Below are positions 27,227 to 42,043 of a stretch of 64,000 bases of DNA, piece after piece; within the stretch, counting starts at the first letter, position 1, and each line of letters starts with the position of its first letter. Both the position numbers and the translations under genes were made by a program. The stretch is from Hormiphora californensis. Its lineage: Eukaryota > Animalia > Ctenophora. The notes beneath the pieces are model-generated. The model was given only the letters and a program-made list of their open reading frames with translations, searched no databases and had not been told where the DNA came from. The stretch lies in NCBI GenBank assembly GCA_020137815.1, contig CM035361.1, positions 3,100,001 through 3,164,000 on the forward strand. Reading direction: 5' to 3'.

Positions 27227-27377
27227 CAGTCAAACATCGGCCTTCGATTTACTTATGTTCTAACCCTCCTTTACATTTGTGGGCGCACGATAACCGGGCC
27301 TTTAAACATCGGCCGGAGTCCGGTAATCGGGCCTCAAAAAGCCCTTCCCTCGGTCGGGTAAAAGCGAGGTTTGACTG
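27227..27377. mobile_element. Related pogo-type MITE (CAGTCAAAC termini)
   Basis: TA|CAGTCAAAC...GTTTGACTG|TA. Confidence 0.7.
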
Positions 27378-27875
27378 TATGTTTTAGTATAATTTATAAA
27401 ATCTTCCTGTATTCTAGCACGTCAGGGTTCACTAATTCTTAACATTTCTGCTCGGGTTTTCTAGCATGTTTAGCACAATATGTACTTGGCATGCAATGCT
27501 CTGAATGTGTGTGTGTGTTATTGTGTGTGCAAATAATAGTCAATTCGTCTCTTTGTCTTACTATCTTCGTAGTTCAATTCGTCTTGAGAAATCAATGTTT
27601 TACGCGTACGACTGTATGCAGCTTTGCTAACTACTTAACACCAAAATTTGATCAGTATTTGGTGGAGAAAATGTTTTATTTTCTTACCTCCTGCAACCAC
27701 AGTGCTCCACCAGTGCTTTTACACTGCAGGATGTGTTTAATAAAACATCCCAAATGTGACCAATGTGATGTGGAGCTGCAGTGATAGATAAACATCCTTT
27801 GAGAGTCCATCATGGTTGTATGATTTGTGGTTCCCCGGGAAAGAATAACAAACTCATCTCTCTTATGTCTTTCTA

Positions 27876-27956
<81 letters not shown>

Positions 27957-28441
27957 TACTTTATCTCTCTCTATCTATCTCTCTCACTCTCTCTCTTTTA
28001 TTTTATCCCTCTCTTTCTATATTTCCTCGATCATGCCGTTACTTTGTGAGTGATTGCGATGCATACCTATAATTATATATTTGTTTTTATGACCGACCAC
28101 AGACCATACATTTTATCGAAAATATGATTATTATTATTTTAACGTATACATGTAAACAAAGATAATGTCGGATTTTTTGAAGTTTTCACCCCCAAATGCA
28201 AGCGCATGTGAAGTTTATCAATTTTGAGCTGAGTTAACTTGTGATGTGACGCACAAAAACATTCCGCGTACGAGAAGGGGGGGGGGGGTGACAACTTCAA
28301 AGTTCCGATGGATTTGGATTTTAGGCAGTTGTTTATCCCACCCTTTTTCTTGTCCGTTTACTTTTCTCGTTTTATTCTTTGGTTTTCTTTCCTTCTCTTT
28401 GTATAATTCGTCTGTCTCTTTCTTTCTTTCTTTATCTCTCT

Positions 28442-28520
<79 letters not shown>

Positions 28521-29251
28521 TCTTCCCATTTAAAATAGACAGGAAGGGCAATCTTTGCCGTTTAGTGTTTACACTAATACACACTAACCTGCAGCAGGCA
28601 GAGAGCACATACCCGCGTTGTTCTCATGACAATTACCATTCACTATATAGTAATTGATCAATTACCATTTCTGCTTTATATATATTAGTTCTTGGTTCTA
28701 ATGATGAATATTGCTAGTGTACTATACCATTAGCTGGGGTTATCATGGCTGCATATGTAGTTCAACATACAAAAGCTGTTCCGGGATTTGGAAATTAGCT
28801 GAATATACATTGTGGGAGATGGTTCGACCAAGGCAAACCTTTATTTTAACCCTTCGCGGTGAGAGATGGTTCGACCAAGGCAAACCTTATGTTTTTACCC
28901 TTCGCGATGAGAGAAGGACGAGCAATTGGCAAACCTTGTGTTTTAACCCTTTGCGGTGAGCAAGGCAAACCAAATGCGGTCTGACATATATTTCTTAGAT
29001 CCGGGTGTTCATTAAAATGGAGTGCAGCTAGCCCTAAAATGGGGTTTATTCCTAAATTATTTAATTTGGCGTCTTCCGCCTTTGCATAATTTGTCTAACA
29101 TATCCCGTGATGAGAGGAGGGTTGCAATGAATGTTTAATAAATTTAGCTAAGTGGACCGCAAGCCTTTTTAGCCTTAGGGTCAGCACACACCAACGTTAA
29201 AATTAAAATTAAAATTTTGATTTTAACCTTGGTGTGTGCTCATCCTAACTA

Positions 29252-29392
29252 CAGTCGGACCCTGATTTAACGGCATCATAATCTTCCCCCGATATAGAAA
29301 ATTAACAGTATTTGACCCCGATTTAGCGGACACCCCGATTTACCGGGCAAAACCCTTTCCCCCGAGCATCCCGGTAAATCGGGGTTCGACTG
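29252..29392. mobile_element. CAGTCGGACCCC-family MITE
   Basis: TIRs, TA flanks, internal CCCCGATTTA repeats. Confidence 0.8.
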
Positions 29393-29610
29393 TATGTCAG
29401 CTAGTTTTTGCTATTCTGTATTTTATTGATGATAACTCGAGACATATGTTTCTAGTATATAAAGTTTTACCATTAGCCACATGCAGCAGTAATGCTAGTG
29501 TTAATGGTGTGTGATATTTTTCGGTCCTCGTTTTTTATAGTTCTCTCTCACTATCCCCCTCTATCTCACTTGCTATCGTTTCATCTGTCTTACTCTCCCT
29601 GCCTCCCAAT

Positions 29611-29719
29611 CAGGAACCGACCGATACGAGTAAACAACCAATCAGAACTCTTTATTGAGGTCACGTGACTGGTTATCAGCCAATAAGGGACCAGTATTTC
29701 CTGATTCGGTCGGTCTCTG
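29611..29719 (+). mobile_element. hAT-like 109-bp MITE
   Basis: Same family; 8-bp TSD CTCCCAAT. Confidence 0.88.
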
Positions 29720-30062
29720 CTCCCAATAATCTAACTTGTCCTCCCATAAACACCTTTAATATTATCTGCCATGCGCCGGGCAACTCTTTTGATATAAATA
29801 ACATTGACTTTAACATTATTATTTCAAGTTATTCGTTATCTTTCTTCATAGTCTGAGAATATAATGATCAACTCTGTTTTTTTATCCGCATAGTGAGAAA
29901 TTTAGTCGTTTCCTTGATCCCCCAGTTTACTAACTATGTTGAAATTAGAGTCTATAAAAACTATCAGATTATCCTATCCTGATACATTTTCTGCAGACCC
30001 CTCAATATTTCATTTCCCTAATCTAGCGCCCCCTGGATATGATTTGCTGAGTTATACAAGTT

Positions 30063-30125
30063 ATGAGCGCTGAGCATATGATATGTGGCGTCTCAAATGC
30101 GACATTGCAGAAACACTGTTCAGAG
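30063..30125 (+). CDS. Slo distal N-terminal module, exon A1 (MSAEHMICGVSNATLQKHCSE)
   Basis: ATG preceded by an in-frame TGA (30048-30050); strong donor GAG|gtgagt; N-glycosylation sequon NAT and two Cys, as expected for an extracellular BK N-terminus. Confidence 0.72.
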
Positions 30126-30129
30126 GTGA

Positions 30130-30240
30130 GTTGTTTGTTTGTTTGTTTGTTTGTTTCCCTGTTTGTTTCCCTGTTTGTTTCCCTGTTTGTTTCCCTGTTT
30201 GTTTCCCTGTTTGTTTCCCTGTTTGTTTGTTTGTATGTCT
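30130..30240 (+). repeat. (GTTTGTTTCCCT)n repeat filling the A1-A2 intron
   Basis: Tandem 12-bp units. Confidence 0.9.
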
Positions 30241-30265
30241 GTTTATCCATCCCCTCTCTAATCAG

Positions 30266-30373
30266 GACAATAACGGAAGATGGTATTTGTTTCTGGCAAC
30301 GTCTGCAACTATTCTTTTTGGCGGAGGATTAATCATTCACATTTATCAACTTCTCTACGACAGATGGAACAAG
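30266..30373 (+). CDS. Slo distal N-terminal module, exon A2 (S0 helix: DNNGRWYLFLATSATILFGGGLIIHIYQLLYDRWNK)
   Basis: Polypyrimidine tract plus CAG acceptor, AAG|gttggt donor, phase 0-0; aligns with the BK S0 motif [24 protein letters not shown]. Confidence 0.8.
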
Positions 30374-31465
30374 GTTGGTAGAATTATATTTCTTGTATTT
30401 TTGTTTTGCAGTGAAATAAAATACTTTTCAGGACAGCTTGGCATATATCATATAATTCGACATTCAACTCATATATCAACTGGATTAGTATCTATCGCTC
30501 TATTCATTTCCGGCCGTAGTTAGCTAAGACATTAGCCGATCTAGTTCTATATTAGTTACTGTGGTACTATAATAGGGGGAACTCCCTGTTGTAGAAATAT
30601 ATATTATATATGGCCTACTAAAAAGTTTTTCTTCTCCTTCCATCACCATATCATCCTATTCATCTCTGTTTCAAAGCGTCTGTAAGTCTGACTGCCTCTA
30701 AATACACACGTCCATTTCCCTAAATGCGTCCATGATCTGCTGTAATGTTTACACGTTTCATCTCTCTGTCCTGGCCTGTTCCTGTCTGTTTCTGCAGAAT
30801 ACTAGTGAAATAGTTGGACCCCGATTTACCGGGTATAACTGCAGTCGGACCCCGATTTACCGGGATCATGCTCGGGGAAATAGATTTCGCCCGGTAAATA
30901 GTGGTCCGAGATATATTCTGTCCTAGTTAGTAAGTAGTAGTGGTAGTTAGCACATTAGTTATGTAGACAACAAGGACAGCGTGTTGCTCATTCACTTGCT
31001 ACAACAGTGAGTAGAATTGTGGGAGAATTACTGCCATAATAGTTTAGTTACGGTATGTCAAATTGGTCAAATCACTCGACTGTTTACTGTTAGTGTGTAC
31101 CTATTATAATACACACTCGATATTACACTGAGCTGCGGTAGAATGATCACCGTATCATACTTTGCCCAAAACAATAGATCTGCTAACATCGAGTGTAGTA
31201 TAGCCACTCACATGACTCAGTAGATTAATTCAACACCCATCTTCTTGTTCCTTGAACTATCTAACATATATCCCCCTCCAGCCGGCAGCTCCTTGATTAA
31301 ACACCTTATCCAATTATCTGATTGATCCCCCTATATTCTCTCCAATTACTATTATGATTGATCACTCTCCAATTATCTGATTGATCCCTCTCAACACCCC
31401 CTCTCCAATTATCTGATTATCAATGATCCCTCCCCAATTATCTGTTTGATCCCTCTCAATTACAG

Positions 31466-31603
31466 GCCAAGATAGCAGAATGCTTCAACGTCTCGAACCA
31501 CTACGACAGAGATAAGGTAGAGGATGTTGAACTCCACAACAGACTGAGACACTACATAGTCAATGAAGTTATCAGCCTGCAGACCAACAAGGGCATGGTC
31601 ATG
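31466..31603 (+). CDS. Slo distal N-terminal module, exon A3 (S0-S1 linker ending ISLQTNKGMVM)
   Basis: TACAG acceptor, ATG|gtaagt donor, 46 open codons; the end matches BK ISAQTLTGRVL just before S1; phase 0. Confidence 0.8.
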
Positions 31604-32428
31604 GTAAGTAGGGACTTATGGGAATTATTGGTTGGGTGAAAATGGGACAGATGGGGGATTGGGGGAAATTATTCAAAAGTCTGGCCAAAATAAAAGCTCC
31701 GGTTTCTGCGATTAAAGAAAACAACAATTGTGAATCGTATGGCAATAGATCTGAGATATGACCATTGCGCCCAGCAGTATCGAGGCGGTTCGAGGAAAGA
31801 TTGAGCCGTTACATGAACGTAGCGCGCGGGATCACCCACCAGTCGAAAGTTGTTTGATCTGTATCTGCCACTTTTTTGAGCGCGCACTTGGGGCTGGTAA
31901 GGGATGTGCGCGCGGCGTCAATTGCACGTGCATCAGAATGATGGATCGGTAGGATTTTTGGTCAGGGCTCAAGTTTGGCAGGTGTGGCTTGATGACTGTA
32001 CATCGTGCACCCCGCAAGTACTACTCGCAAGTACTCTTCCCTTCGGCCCGGTGCAAAGAGGACGGTCTTATATGAGACAAGCAGCCACAATTAGTGTATC
32101 AACTATGGATTAGGGATTTTCCAGTTGCTATCACACTCTATGGCCGGAAATCAGGGTCGTCAACGGCTATCACTGTTCACTCTCTAATTTTACAATTAGG
32201 CCAAGTACGTGCCGAGAATAAATTAAATCCATGCTAATTCTTATGACCTAAAGACTAAAACAGCGACCTTCCAATTTTACTTTTTAGTGATCTCAGTCCA
32301 TTTCTGTCGTACTGTATTCTAAAATGTATTGCGGCTAATTGGTACGTCGTTAATTTAATGATTCTCATGTCGACATATTGTCTCTCATCTATTATACTTG
32401 TGGATCAAGGGATATGATGGGCATTGCT

Positions 32429-32537
32429 CAAGAACCGACCGAAGCAAGTAAACAACCAACCAGAAATCGTTATTTAGGTAACGTGACTGGTTATCAGCCA
32501 ATCGGGGACCAGTATTTCCTGATTCGGTCGGTTCCTG
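32429..32537 (+). mobile_element. hAT-like 109-bp MITE
   Basis: Same family; 8-bp TSD GCATTGCT. Confidence 0.88.
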
Positions 32538-33264
32538 GCATTGCTCAAGGGGATGTTTGATCCTGGCACCAATTGGAATAAACCCTTGTCTGGTGACAGC
32601 AAGTTGCTTCTCAATTGCCCCGGGCCCCCCACACACCCCAGTTGCTCCTCTCAAGGACTACAAGGATATTTCCATAGTAACCCTCCTGATGATGATGATC
32701 TAAAACTCTTCTTCTTCCCACATGACACTGTGGATCAGTTTCATATTGCTGTGTGGTGTAACCCATCCCACTGTTAAGACCCCTGCCCCCTGCCCCCCGA
32801 TCAGCTGTGAAAGGGGCACTATTGTCAAGACACCACCTGCGTCCAGTGAGCTGCAGTTCTTTCATAAATCTTTTTCGTGGGCGGTCCTGCACCCATCTCT
32901 TAGTTTAGTCTTTTTATGTCCCTGAATATAGCTTCCTCTAGTAGTATTAGATCTCTCTTTCCTCTTTCTGTCTTCTCTCTTTTTCTATCTGTCTTCTCTT
33001 TCTCTCTCTCTCTCTCGCTCTCTCTATCTCTCTCGCCCTGTCTTATCGATTAAGTTGTTGTTGCAGTAATTATATGTGCACCACCGCCGATTAACTGAGT
33101 GGCACGTGACCCTAATATGCAGTCACGTGATCTTTTTGCTGCTTTTGTTGTTGTCCCGTCCAGGTCCTTCTTTGTTGGCCCCCGAGCACGCACTTACAGC
33201 ATGATGATGAAAGAGTTTTCCGGGCCAGTGAGAGGGGAGAGAGAGAGAGTGAGAGAGAGAGATG

Positions 33265-33354
<90 letters not shown>

Positions 33355-34219
33355 TAGAGGATACATTGTTCTTTGTTATGCCCGTGACCCAATTATTTAC
33401 TGCAAAACTAGCTCTTGCATTGTTCGGCTGGCACGAGCCATAAAACTCCTTTATAATGCGGAGGGCGCACTTGATATTATAATGGCCAGGCCGTTATATA
33501 TTTTGTATTGTTTAGCCGACCCTCAACTCTAGTTTGTCATCATAGTCGCTGCTGCATCGTCCGTAATTGTTTGGAGAACAAACGAGTCTGACCAGTTACC
33601 GGCCATGTCGGACTTGCCTAGCTAGAACATAACAATGTCGGACTTGTTTAGCGGTTCTTAGCTAATTGTGGTCTAACTTGTCTCAACTGCAGTGATAGGT
33701 AACAGCTCTTATATAAAGCCTTTTTCCGGCGTCCCCCTTTTCTTTTAGAGGTTTTTTAGAGGTCAAAGCTAACGGAATCAAAGTGAATGACAGCACTTAT
33801 ACACGGTGATTTTATAAACTTATCATACATTTGATTATTGTAGTCTAATTCTATTTGATCTGATCAAATCAGTAAATCACTAAATTTTTTAGTCACGGAC
33901 AAATTTTTGGCCTAAATTTTAATATCTCCTCAAATAGTCGATCTCTCTATGACATGGTTTAGTGTTAATGGCCCCTTTTCATCCTTCCCCGCCTCCTCCT
34001 CCTCCTCCTCGTGAGAGCTGCACTGGAGTGAGTTTGCTTGAGATTCGATGGTTAGGTCTGTAATAATCTGTCTGTGTCAAGATTAGTAGTGACAACTCTC
34101 TCTCTCTCTCGACTTTTCCCTCTCTTTCCCCTAACTCTTCTCGGCTCTGTATGTATTTGGCCGTATACTTCCGTTTAGACTTTCTGCATGGCTGCCCACC
34201 ATCAGCGCGGGTGCCTCCC

Positions 34220-34287
<68 letters not shown>

Positions 34288-34575
34288 AAGAGAGAGTGAG
34301 AGACCAAATTGCATACATAATTCAATATGCCTCCTCTCCTATTTTCTCTTACACTTGTCGCTATACGGGCTAGACAGAATTGAGTCAAAAAGTGAGACAT
34401 ATTTTGATCTCTAATATAGGCTGCGGTTGCTTGTGAGCATTTATGCATCTAGATATTACCTATATTTTGTATAATATATGCCAATTGTTCGACCCTCCCT
34501 CCCCGAAACCCCCAAAAAGGGTTTGAACAAAACAATATAATACATGCATCCTTATTTTTATATACAATATATATA

Positions 34576-34747
34576 CAGTCGGACCCCGATTTAACGGCAC
34601 CCTCGGGGGAAAGGGTTTTGTCCGTTAAATCGGGGTGTCCGCTAAATCGGGGTCAAATACTGTTGATTTTTAATGTCGGGGGAAGATTATCCTGCCGTTA
34701 AATCGGGGTGCCGTTAAATCGGGGGCCGTTAAATCGGGGTCCGACTG
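34576..34747. mobile_element. CAGTCGGACCCC-family MITE
   Basis: Perfect TIRs, TA flanks; ends match 61158-61898. Confidence 0.85.
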
Positions 34748-36744
34748 TAATATATTCTTCATTTTTTCCCTGCCCGGGTGGATGCCCGAAGGGCATCCAC
34801 CCGGATGATCGTTTTAGCACGTGTGCTAAAAAGATCATAAAGGGTTTAGAAATCTCGGATTTGAAATAGTAACTCGAGCGTGGTCAAAATCGCGTGTGTC
34901 ACGGTAGCAGCATAGTAACTGCTCCTTCATAAAATCAAATAACTGTTTTGATGAAATATGATGTCAGGACGCTTATTTTTCAAAGCTGTGCGCGGCGCTC
35001 ACAACACTGTTGCTGAAGGGGTGAGGGTAGAGTAAAACAGCTGTGTAACTGCATATACATACAGGACGCATGCATCTCACATTGTGACCAAGCCTTGATA
35101 TTGTGATACTGATAGTTTGATACTGATCCTGTCGACGGAGGGCAGGGAAACACCGCATTATGAATACATAATGCAATAATTCTTGTTATTAAGTAAGTTT
35201 TGTAAGTAAGTTTTGCCGTGTGTAAGAACTAAGATAGGTGTAATTTATGCCAATTTCAATCTTCCTATTAATTACACTCAATATTTTCTATACACACCAA
35301 AGATCAATTTAGCTCCTCGGTCAGGCAGTATACTATTTTCTGTCTATGTCTCTTTTGATTTCTCCATCTCTCTATCTCTATCTCTATCTCTGTAGAATGG
35401 TCAATATCTAATTTCTATCTTTGGCCAAAAATTAGAATAGATTCCGTGTATGTACGCTGCTCATCTTTACTAACGTTCCAGGGGCTCTTCGACGAAACTT
35501 TAAGCACACTTAAAAACGTTGGCCTCATTCATACATTTTTTTCGGGAATTTTATAAGTCAGTCACAAATGTATTTGTTGAGTAAAAAATCTAATTTTGTA
35601 ATTTTTATATACGGTGATAAGAGGTTCAGTTCGGAATCCTTAGTCCGACAAAGTTGACTGTTCAGTGCCGATGTGCAGTAGGACCGTAAATGTCCATTTT
35701 CTGCGTAACTTTGAGACTGTGTAGTTCATTCAGGCGATAATTTTGGAACTGTAGGATGAACCAAGAACATGTCCAATATAATATGTATTTCGAAAACTTC
35801 CTGTGGGAAAAATTTATTTTGGTGCACAAAACACACTTTCATCCTTAGGCCTTGCTAGACAGTAGACCCTCTCTCAACAGAAGCTGGAGGGTTACAACAT
35901 GAAACAATTATATTATTTGGGCGAAGCAGGGTTCTCTTTGACACTGTGTGTGTGAACAATAATTTAAGGTTCTCTCTATGTGCAGCTCACAATGCATTTT
36001 ATTTCTGTGAGGGTTCGGAGCTGCAGAGCAGCTAGGTTAGCTTTGTACCTCATGGCAGACCGGTAGTGTAGCTAGAAAATCGGATAGACATGGAGACATT
36101 GAGAGAGGGAGAGAGAGGGAGAGGGAGAGAGAATCATTGATGCGCCTAAGGTGGAAAGCAGCCTTTCGAAGGAACATGCACGGAACTGTAGGTTTTAAAT
36201 TTACAATACACACTCTCTTTGGTTTAACGGTGACCCTCTTTGTGACCCTGAGGGCTACAGAACGCATCGACATCGAGGACGCAGAGGCAGCAGCGCTCGA
36301 GATTCCTCTCGCTTCTCTCTGCTCTTTACTCTCTTCTACATTCTCTCTCTTTTCTCCTCATCTCTCTCTCCTCTCTCCTACGCTTTGTCTTTCTCGATTG
36401 CTTATCTACAGTTCACTGATCTCAACTCCACATTTATGTCAGTGGACGTACAGCCAAACACGACCGTATAAAGCAAAAGTCCAAACTTATCTTTTTCCGT
36501 GCTTTCACGTGCTTACCTTAACTTGCTGTCCCTCTTCTTTTCCATACGACTTAAGTTCTACAAGCTAACGCAGTTTCAAGCTATCAGTCATCGAAAAAAG
36601 TAGCGTACCAAGAGTAAAGAGCTCTAAGGTACAGGGTCCTAACTGCTCAGGCCGTTAAGAAGCGCATGCTGATCAAACAAAAGTAAGAGGTAATAGGTAC
36701 AGAAGCTCTGGAAGGTGACAGGGTTAAAAGATCTCCCCAGCTTG

Positions 36745-36844
36745 NNNNNNNNNNNNNNNNNNNNNNNNNNNNNNNNNNNNNNNNNNNNNNNNNNNNNNNN
36801 NNNNNNNNNNNNNNNNNNNNNNNNNNNNNNNNNNNNNNNNNNNN
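36745..36844. other. Assembly gap (100 N)
   Basis: Run of N. Confidence 1.
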
Positions 36845-37423
36845 CCCCCGAACGTTAAATTAATCATGGAGGTATTAGAATATAAAACGATATAAAAATT
36901 CTCGGGCCGTATGAACCATAATTTTTTCATCTTTGACCTTCTTTACCGGGGCGGTAGATCAGACCGATCAGGCGAGCAGGTACACTTTCAAGACTATAAC
37001 CCGAAAATACTACGGGAGATTCATGGTATACGTACATTGCAAATTGTCATCGAACCATCATTATATTTCCCTGTTTCGCAAAATTGATTTTTGGCCTCGG
37101 CCTTTAAACATTGACTTCATACTTATCTTCTACCCTTCTATCTATCTTTATCTATCATCTTTATTTTATCCTATCTATTATCACTATTTCTATCTTTTCG
37201 ATTGGTATCGGTTGTGTGTGATCCTCAATTGGTGTAAGTACGCAATTTTAATGGGCTAATCTACTCTTCTAACATCTTGAATATTACAAATCGCTTCTCT
37301 ATCTTCTTCGATCTCTTACCCCAAATCTCTTTCTTTACCTCTTTTCCTTTATCTTTCTCATCTTCTCTTCTTGCAATATTCTAATCCTCTCTCTCTCTTC
37401 TCTCTTCAAAATAAAAACCCGTT

Positions 37424-37504
<81 letters not shown>

Positions 37505-38901
37505 TGCTGCTCTGTTGCGTCTAGGAGGTGGTGATGTTCTTAAATCGTACTATTTCTGGAGTTACCGTCTGTAGCTGGACATATACGAGCAACTGTTGAA
37601 AAGATTTGTTGTAGATATATCTGTCCTTGATAATTGTCGATTGAATGCATAATATATTTATTAGTTGAGCTGCTGTATAAGTGTTTCGAATAACAATAAA
37701 TTCTTGGAATAATGGTTAAAAATATTCGTGCATTTTTAGAAATGAATTACATAATTTGTTTGGCTAGAAGCTTTTATTTAACTCTATTATTTGATGTTAT
37801 CTTCACCAGTGTCACGGATGTTCAACCTGATAAAAACAAGAACTGATAAAAACAAGAACTGATAAAAACAAGAACTATCCAATAAAACTACATTTTGTTT
37901 TTCATGTTGCATTTAATTATCATTTGGGTAACATGTTTCTTCCTTGTGCGATAAGAAAATTGAAATTTTGTAGGGTGCCCTGTGATTTTAGGCATTCAAT
38001 TGGAAAGTATCCAACCCTTTTCCGGATGTACGGTAATTAGTATTGAAATGCTAGGTCTTCATTATATTAATTACTCCTTTATAAATACAACCTATAGTAC
38101 CTTGTTGCTCCTTCATAAAACCATATATTGAAGACAACAAGCTTGCTTATATGAAGTGTTTTGCTTACATTCGGTCAAGTATCTCGCAATCATACTATGG
38201 CATATATATGTTATGTACATATTTGCATAAAATACAGATATCTAACGGTCAAAGTGTAAACGTATATCATATTGCTTGTGGTACCGCTGCATTTTTTACA
38301 CACACGTGTGCACTTTCACATGATTGACTCGCTGCTAATTTTCGTTTGATTTCACCTATAGATACCGAAACATTATATACCAAATTTGGGCTATTTGCAT
38401 AAGTTCATTCTAATAATACAACTTCTTACATACATTATATTATATTTTTATGCTTGTCTTCATTTTGTCTCAAGTCTGCTATACACATACGATATTTTGT
38501 GTGTGAGACGTTTCGACTACATATTGATTGATTACTTGATAATCGACGTTTGGACATTAATAATGTATGTAATTCAATAGTTGATAATCTACTCAAGATC
38601 ATTTTAGAAATATTTTTGAAACATTCCAATCCTTTGATTCTTTCATTTTGTTGAAAACTCCTAACATCCATGACTTATGTTATGAAGACTATTTATATAA
38701 ACTGCTCTAAATCTCTGCATCAACCGATGCCTGCTTTTATGTTCGTATATATGCGTGTAATGAGGAGTGCGACGAATACTTGGTCTGACAGTTATTATAC
38801 TGACAGGTGTGTTATAGGACCTGTCAAGCTGAGTCAGTGAGTCATGAATATAGAGGATCAGTAACTGGTAGGGATATGGTTGAGCGAGTGAGAGAGGGAG
38901 G

Positions 38902-38933
<32 letters not shown>

Positions 38934-40619
38934 GAGAGTGTGTGTGAGAGAGATACAATAAGAGATATATAATGTGATACACAAAGGAACACAGTGCGGT
39001 AGCTATGCGACCAAGGTGTGAACTGTGAACATGGTATATATCACAATTGCATGTTTAGTCAAATGCTTGAGCTTATGTGTGATGGAAGAACGACAGGTAC
39101 ATAATGGTGATTGGGAGTCGAGCTTCACAGATAAATCAGTCTAGACACACGCACCGGACCGAGTGAGAGGAGTGAGAGAATGAGAGGGGGAGTGAGGGAG
39201 TGAGAGAGTGAGAGAGTGAGTGAGTGAGAGGGGGAGGGAGGGAGTGAGAGAGAGAGAGAGGGTGAGGGAGTAAGAGAGAGAGAGAGTGAGAGAGAGAGGG
39301 GGAGTAATATATCAATCCATGAGTTGTTTTTGCTAATGACGACGCCCCCTTTGTGTGATCGGATGTGTGTTTTTGTTGGCCGTTGGGTGTATTGTCGTAG
39401 TAGATCAGGAGATATAATGGAGATAGAGTGAGAGAGAGAGAGAGATAGAGAGAGAGAGATAGAGAGAGAGAGAAAGAGAGAGAGAGATGGAGAGATATGA
39501 AGATTGATGACTCCCATACATTAGCTTAATTAAAACTGTAGACCAAATTCGATTTCAAGCCTTCCTCTATTCTTCATTCTATAGAGATATGTATTCCTTT
39601 TGAGATATATCTAGTATGTTTTGTTGTCTAGCTTCAACTGCAGTTGCATGTATATCATCTAAAGCAGCAATTTATGCTAAATCGGCTTCCGTCTAGCTGT
39701 ATTCTAGCGCTACTAGAAAGCAGCTATAGCGTTATCGGCTCTTCATGTCGAGGTTATAAAACATGGCAATATGTATGTCTCGAAGCTAAACAGCTATACC
39801 GGGAAATTGGACTAGTGTTTTCAAGATGAAACATCTCATTCTCCACTTTCTCCCTCCCTTTGTTGCCTTTTCTCATCATGAGTACTCAAGTTGCATTTTT
39901 ATCGTTTCCATAGAAACTAAACGGTTTTCAAGTTGAGGTACATTAAAACCTACTAACGTTGACAGAGAGAAGGAAAGAGAGAGAGAAGGAGTGAGAGAGA
40001 GAGAGAGAGAGAGAAGGAGTGAGAGAAAGAGAGCGACAGAGAGAGAGAGATAGAGATAGAGAGAGAGAGAAATGAGTTGTTTAACAAATCCTGCGCGAGA
40101 CAGCAATATGAAATATATCCATCGCTCAACATACATAAAATGATTATTATCTTGTTGAGCTCTGATAGATCGATCAGATGGATCTATTGACCCAACCCAC
40201 TTTAGTATATTTAGTGTATTGAGAGATTGTTACTTTAACTAGGGGAGAGGAAGAGAGATTGTTACTGCTCTAGCTTTGACCCAACCCGCTTTATATATTT
40301 ATTTAGTGCAGTGCATTGTGTGCTTGTTTTTTCCAACAACTTCCCTCTCCGGATTTGAGACATTCTACTTTCACGCTACTATGTATAGCCCCCCCCCTCC
40401 GCCTTTATATCCGGCTGCAGTACAGCGACCACTAGTCCGAGTCGGCAAGTCGCTGTATAACAGCTCTTTATCAGACAAGCTATTTGTAGAGACAATGCTA
40501 TGCTAAGCAGCCCTCCTTTTATGTGAACCGTCTGTCACTAATACCGTTACTTGTTATCTTGCAATATTATATAATCTTCATCCCTATATCTATCTACGGA
40601 TCTCAGCTAGTCTGCCATA

Positions 40620-40800
40620 CTTCCTTCTCCCTCTTCCGTCTCCCCGTGCACTAGTTGTTCCTCCTCCCTCTTCCTTCTCTCCGTGCACTAGTTGTTCCTT
40701 CTCCCTCTTCCTTCTCTCCGTGCACTAGTTGTTCCTTCTCCCTCTTCCTTCACTCCGTGCACTAGTTGTTCCTTCTCCCTCTTCCTTCTCTGATCCGTGC
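40620..40800 (+). repeat. Minisatellite of about 34 bp (TTCCTTCTCCCTCTTCCTTCTCTCCGTGCACTAGTTG)
   Basis: About five tandem units. Confidence 0.85.
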
Positions 40801-41356
40801 ATTAGCGGATGTCCAGACTTATTGGTGATTATCGGATGATTATTAGGGAGGTAGATTTGCATTTGACACACTCTGTGACTACTACTTACTACCGCGGCAC
40901 ATTCGAGGCAGAGATCTCACTGATCATCACCATCCTACGTGTCACATATTATACTGTCATGATGAACCAGCAGCATGTGTTTATATCATGCATCTCATTG
41001 ACAGCAAGATGACATGAGAGATTGTCCGTATTATATGCCCCCATTATAAATGTTCGAATTGTCTATGGAATCGGTTCAGTCTCACTCTAGCGATGTAGAA
41101 ATATATATCTGTTAAAAATCTATAATAATCGCTTGCACGCTATAAACTGGATGATCAATTGTTCCAGATTGCCCTAAATTTTAAATATATTACTCTCTTC
41201 TTATTCATTGTCCTCTATCATAATACGTGCCCTCTTTTTGCAGCTCCCATAGTTACACGTCGGTGTGAGCTGTGCAGAAACTATAGGGGCCCCACGGAGT
41301 TATAAAGTTACATCATTACTTCCGCTGCCCAGCATGAAACCTTATCTATCTATCTT

Positions 41357-41449
<93 letters not shown>

Positions 41450-42043
41450 CCCCTCTCTCTCTCCCTCCCTCTCTCTCCCTCTACGGTTGACTAGTCATTG
41501 TTTCCTTACGCTTTGCAGTTTTGCACAATGCGTAGAAGAACTTTTGTGTCACTCCTTCCGGTACCACATTGTCTTTGTACCCTTGTAGCATGCCTATTAT
41601 ACTAGCTATTATATATTTCACGGGGGTCGAAACTGGCCTACCCTTGTATTATTATACTAGTGCAGGTTTTACTAGTTCCATTCCTGAAATAGGTTCCTAA
41701 TTTTTTGTTTTTTTTTGTTGTTGCATTTTCCCATCCTGAAATAGTGCAGGTTCCTGATTTCTCCTTTTTTGTTGTTGCAAAAGTCCCATTTTGTTTTAAA
41801 TTCAAGCTTTACCGATACTACCACAACACACATAGGTCCGGTAAACAGATCTCAACAAGCTGATGTGAAAGAGTTGAAAGGTTAAAGAAGCTCAGAGCTG
41901 TTGATACATAAACTGAAACCCGTGGAGCTACTACTATATCAGATCGAGAGAGAGAATATATATATATATCCGATCAATAACTGAGATCAAGCTGCACGAG
42001 AATGATCGAACCAGGTTGAACAGGTGCTAGCTCAGTGAGAGAT

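Noticed and set aside
32541-32925. GC-richer stretch as a possible third S0 module or nested exon
   Set aside because: No transmembrane segment, no convincing splice pair and no recognisable motif in any frame.
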